Part shown: piece by piece, positions 60,590 through 64,000 of the stretch
Numbering within the stretch: the stretch's first letter is position 1
Layout of the letters: every line of letters begins with the position of its first letter
From: a bacterium
Lineage (GTDB): Bacteria > SAR324 > NAC60-12
DNA: 64,000 bases
Direction: 5' to 3'
NCBI GenBank assembly: GCA_965205865.1
Contig: CBDBHR010000026.1
Coordinates: 160,001-224,000, forward strand
The notes under the pieces: model-generated
Told to the model about the DNA's origin: nothing
Database searches by the model: none
Seen by the model: only the letters and a program-made list of their open reading frames with translations
Made by a program: the position numbers and the translations under genes

Positions 60590-60846
60590 CCTTCCGCTTC
60601 TTTTTTATCTAAAATTTTCATATCTTTTTTGAAATTACCCGTGGACTTGAAGTATCTTCCTGCTGCGATATCCTGGTATCCTTCAATAATGGCGTTATGA
60701 GTCTGATAAGCCTCACTATTTTCCATGTCCCGCCTTATTAGATCACGGATATATTCACTGGATGTTTCAAAACGAGGACCGACCACGGAAGCAACGTGGT
60801 TTGCCAGTTCTTCCGGCAAACGGGTATTAATGCGATCTAAAGCCAT
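60580..60846 (-). CDS. ParD-like ribbon-helix-helix antitoxin
   Basis: RINTRLP...SSEYIRDLIRRD; overlaps the toxin start. Confidence 0.85.
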   Translation of the reverse strand: MALDRINTRLPEELANHVASVVGPRFETSSEYIRDLIRRDMENSEAYQTHNAIIEGYQDIAAGRYFKSTGNFKKDMKILDKKEAEGWQ

Positions 60847-60885
60847 GTTTTTCCTTTCTATTTTCGTCAGGGTTTTCGGTCTTTC

Positions 60886-60914
60886 AACCTAGCAACTGTC
60901 ATAACAAATGTCAA
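60886..60914 (-). promoter_or_regulatory. Putative promoter of the parDE-like pair
   Basis: TTGACA-17-TAGGTT, containing a repeated TGACA (possible operator). Confidence 0.5.
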
Positions 60915-60933
60915 TTCTGTCGCCATTATTGCA

Positions 60934-61205
60934 ATGATTAGTGTCAAAGAGAATGATTACTTTCTGGCGGCGAAAGCCCTGGGCAGTCCTCTGCCCACCA
61001 CCCTGAGGCGGCATGTCCTGCCAAATATTATGCCGCCCCTCCTCATCATCTTCTCAATCAACATTGGTGGCGTCATCATTGCCGAGGCCTCGCTGAGTTT
61101 GCTCGTATTCGGACTGCCCATCAAGGTTCCCAGCTGGGGCGGGATGCTCAGCCGGGAAGGGCTTCAGTAGATGGAGATGGCCCCACGGCTGGCTCTCTGG
61201 CCGGG
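60934..61205 (+). pseudogene. dppC: Internal dppC fragment
   Basis: KENDYFLAAKALG...RHVLPN...WGGMLSREG, in-frame stop, ends RLALWPG. Confidence 0.82.
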
Positions 61206-62128
61206 TCGGAACCCGTAACTAAACCCAAGGAAATCCTCCTCATAGATCGATTCCAACGTCCAAACAAGGGCTTGTTGTACGATCTCGTCTTCAAGTGCGG
61301 CTATTCCGATTGGCCTTTGACGGCCATCCGGTTTAGGAACCCACACTCGCAGAGAAGGGTGAGGACGATAGCGTTCTTGGTGGATCCTCCCGTGCAGATC
61401 GTTAATCCGCTCCAGGAGATTTATGCCATACTCATTCCAGGTCTCCTCGTCCACTCCCGCCGCTGAGTTGCGATTGAGATCAAAGTAAGCTCTCCGCAGT
61501 AAGTCAGGGTTGATGTGATGAAAGAGATTGTTGAATTGAAGATGGGGGTTCCTCTTCGCCCTTTGGCGCAGCCTGCTTAAACCGCTCTCTGATTTTAACG
61601 GCCTCTGAGTTACGAACACAGGAGGGCAAGCAGAATTCCTCTCAGCCAAGTCCCTTTGCTCCACAGGCTCCGTTGATTTCCTTTGCATTGTTACTCTCAA
61701 CAAATGATCTCATTGTTCGCCGCTTCATCGCTACTACGAACTTGTCCGACTTCCTGAAAACGTCGATGTCGGGGTTATTTATTAATTTTCCCGACCCGAC
61801 TACCAATGGAACGTTGATAGTCGTCTTCAGGATCTCCCGGGTTCCGATCAAGAAACTTCCACACATGCGCCGGGTCTTCGACTCCGCCAGGCTCAGCCGA
61901 GACTCACGCTAACGCCTTCGGTTGATATTGCCTTCCCCACCAGACTACAAGGTCAGCGCCTGAGACTATGATTTCGGAGCTCAATACCGAGCCTATGTTC
62001 TCCCCTGTCAACGCTTAGCGCCTATCCTTGCGAATATCCACTCATGACTCAGGGACTCGGCGGGTCGTTACTGCCTTACCGAGTAAGAGACTTTCACTCT
62101 CTATTTCTTGCCAGCTTTCCTGGCGCAC
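61197..62128 (-). mobile_element. 5' half of a group II intron (class E-like) with truncated RT
   Basis: 5' end GTGCGCCAGGAAAGCTGGC at 62128; RT segment FNNLFHHI, AAGVD, PKPDGRQRPIGI, FSYGFRPG then cut; no YADD, no domain V. Confidence 0.85.
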
Positions 62129-62189
62129 AGCCCCTCCCTTTTTCCTTCCTGAGAATCGCTGTTTTTACTTCTGCGTCAAGTTTGGGCTC

Positions 62190-62681
62190 TTATTCACGAA
62201 AAATAAACGGGTATTTCTCATATCCCTGCAGCCATTCCATCAAATAGTCTTCAACCAGAGATTGGCAGACTCTTTCTCTCACGACAATGCCGGCTTCACG
62301 CAACAGACGGATGCCAGCCCCCTGGACGTTGGGGTGAGGGTCCCGAATTCCTATGACCACACGATCGATCTTTTTGCAAATGATGGCAGAGGTACACGGA
62401 GGCGTTCGACCATAGAATGTACAAGGCTCCACAGTCGAGTAAAGGGTTGCTCCGCTGACTGAGTGGAGCTTTTTTTCTGCGTCGAGAAAGGCGCTTATTT
62501 CTGCATGGGGTCCTCCTGGTGGCTGTGTTTTTCCTTCACCCAGGACGATGCCCTCCCTCACGATCACAGAACCCACATAGGGATTGTTTCCAGTCGCACC
62601 CTTGGCTTGCTTTCCCAGTTCAATCGCCTGTTTCATGAAAACTTCATCTTTTGCTTCCAGGAAGTGATTGGATGTATTCAC
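62190..62681 (-). CDS. RibD-type pyrimidine deaminase, deaminase domain only (start uncertain)
   Basis: NPYVG, HAE, TVEPCTFYGRTPPC, DPHP. Confidence 0.82.
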   Translation of the reverse strand: MNTSNHFLEAKDEVFMKQAIELGKQAKGATGNNPYVGSVIVREGIVLGEGKTQPPGGPHAEISAFLDAEKKLHSVSGATLYSTVEPCTFYGRTPPCTSAIICKKIDRVVIGIRDPHPNVQGAGIRLLREAGIVVRERVCQSLVEDYLMEWLQGYEKYPFIFRE

Positions 62682-62788
62682 CGAGAAACTCTTTTTTTGC
62701 AAAGAATGGGATTGAGCGGCTTTTCTGGCTGTCCCGGGGAATTGGTGGTTATACCAGATCAAAGCAGCCTGGAGGTCTGATTGTCAAT

Positions 62789-63799
62789 TTATGAGAAAAA
62801 GGCGTTTTGTCTCAGAGAGCGGCTGGAAAGTATTGGTTCAATCATCCAGCATAAGATCCCTGCCAGGACAAACCATTGGAATTGCTCATTCCACAAGCGT
62901 CGGCGAGTTGTTTGCAGTTGGTTGATTTGCAAGTTTTCCCGCATGTCTTGAAGATAGATTTTTTCCAAGTCCAGGTCGCCGGTCACCGATTGCGCATAAC
63001 TACCACCGGTGGCGAGAGCCAACTCCTGCAGAGCCACTTCATTCAACTTACTCAGCACCAGTTCTCCTTGCCGGTTTTTCAAGAGCCCTCCTTCCGGGTT
63101 CGGAATGGGAACGCCTTCGGGTTTTCCGATGCCAATCACGAAAATTTTCACTCCATTTTTGCGTGCTTGTTCGACCACAGTTTGCAAGTCCCCGGAATGG
63201 TCTTCCCCATCTGTGATCAAAATAACCGCTCTGGCAGTACGAGGGGTGTCGGAAAATGCTTGCATTGATGTCTGCAAAGCATGCGTGATGGCAGTTCCTG
63301 GCACAGGGATAAATTCCGTATCCAAAGCATCCAAAAAAATTTCAATGGCCTTGTAATCCAAAGTCAAAGGACTTTGTAGAAAACTAGTGCCTGCAAATGC
63401 GACCAATCCCACCCGGTCTCCTCGTACCATGCTCAGCAAATCAATCACTTCTCGCTTAGCGCGAGTGAGCCGATTTGGACTGATATCTTCGGCCAGCATA
63501 CTCAGGGAGACATCAATGGCAAGGATGATATCAATGCCACGATGTTGCACTTTCTCCCATTGAAACCCCCAGCGAGGTTGAGCCAAAGCAATGATCCCCA
63601 ATGCCATTCCACCTAAAAGCAGCAATAATTTGACACGATGGTTGAGCAGACTGGGAGATGATACCAGACGAGGCCACAATATTTCATCCGCAAATTGACG
63701 CAGCAGACGTTTCTTTTGCTGTTGAGAAAAAATATGCAATCCCAACATCAATGGAATCAGTAACAACCCTAGTAGCAAATTGACATGGAGAAAATTCAT
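62789..63799 (-). CDS. VWA-domain protein, BatB type
   Basis: ALAQPRWG, DVSLSM MIDAS motif, DRVGLVAFAG, LITDGED. Confidence 0.88.
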   Translation of the reverse strand: MNFLHVNLLLGLLLIPLMLGLHIFSQQQKKRLLRQFADEILWPRLVSSPSLLNHRVKLLLLLGGMALGIIALAQPRWGFQWEKVQHRGIDIILAIDVSLSMLAEDISPNRLTRAKREVIDLLSMVRGDRVGLVAFAGTSFLQSPLTLDYKAIEIFLDALDTEFIPVPGTAITHALQTSMQAFSDTPRTARAVILITDGEDHSGDLQTVVEQARKNGVKIFVIGIGKPEGVPIPNPEGGLLKNRQGELVLSKLNEVALQELALATGGSYAQSVTGDLDLEKIYLQDMRENLQINQLQTTRRRLWNEQFQWFVLAGILCWMIEPILSSRSLRQNAFFS

Positions 63800-63888
63800 A
63801 AAGCAAATAGAGCTGGCAAACACGACAAGAGTCTGTTAAGTTGACAGATTATACCAAAATCATTTTTCATTCAATCCGTGAAATCAAG

Positions 63889-64000
63889 ATGTCTCCGAAA
63901 AAGAAAACCAAATTGCATCGTAAAAACAAGAGTCATGCCAACAAAGCCAACACCAAAAAGCGATTCAAAACCGCTCGGGAGGTAGCGTTGTTACTCAACA
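63889..64000 (+). CDS. Start of a gene running off the window (possibly RsmB/NusB-like)
   Basis: Open frame MSPKKK...TAREVALLL; too short to be sure. Confidence 0.3.
   Translation, partial: MSPKKKTKLHRKNKSHANKANTKKRFKTAREVALLLN

Noticed and set aside
33464-62128. The 3' intron remnant at 33.5 kb and the 5' remnant at 61-62 kb as halves of one split intron
   Set aside because: Each carries its own, different RT N-terminus, so they derive from different introns.
1-64000. tRNA, rRNA, integron integrase or prophage genes
   Set aside because: None recognised by eye; a covariance/HMM scan would be needed to exclude divergent ones.

Overview
Bacterial chromosomal window. The gene content is deltaproteobacterial/SAR324-like, but that is only an impression. 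Two heavily remodelled accessory zones (1-16 kb and 49.6-62.1 kb) are built from paralogous Opp/Dpp-type ABC loci (family-5 solute-binding protein + dppB + dppC, never an ATPase). These loci share a ~1.1-kb upstream module containing a 7-bp VNTR and in-frame leader repeats. Interleaved with them are IS elements (ISNCY, IS1380, IS200-like), MITE/REP elements, two group II introns (one intact IIC intron inserted in an attC site, one truncated), integron-like attC cassettes without an integrase, and several toxin-antitoxin pairs. The centre holds ordinary genes: ATL, three acyl-CoA dehydrogenases, cytochrome c', TauD, TolC-MFP-RND, fabA, a cyclophilin-parvulin PPIase, gpmI, ugd and a DUF2322-DapD fusion. 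It also has an IS1 remnant, a third intron remnant and a type III R-M locus. The most striking structure is that R-M locus (21.6-33.4 kb). Three cargo modules (ATPase-TOPRIM; ATPase + small putative nuclease; AlbA_2/Schlafen + ParA-like) sit between mod and res, separated by degenerate copies of the mod 3' end and the res 5' end. This suggests serial accretion of defence cassettes at the mod-res junction. No tRNA, rRNA or CRISPR array was found. All family assignments come from motif recognition by eye, not from database searches.
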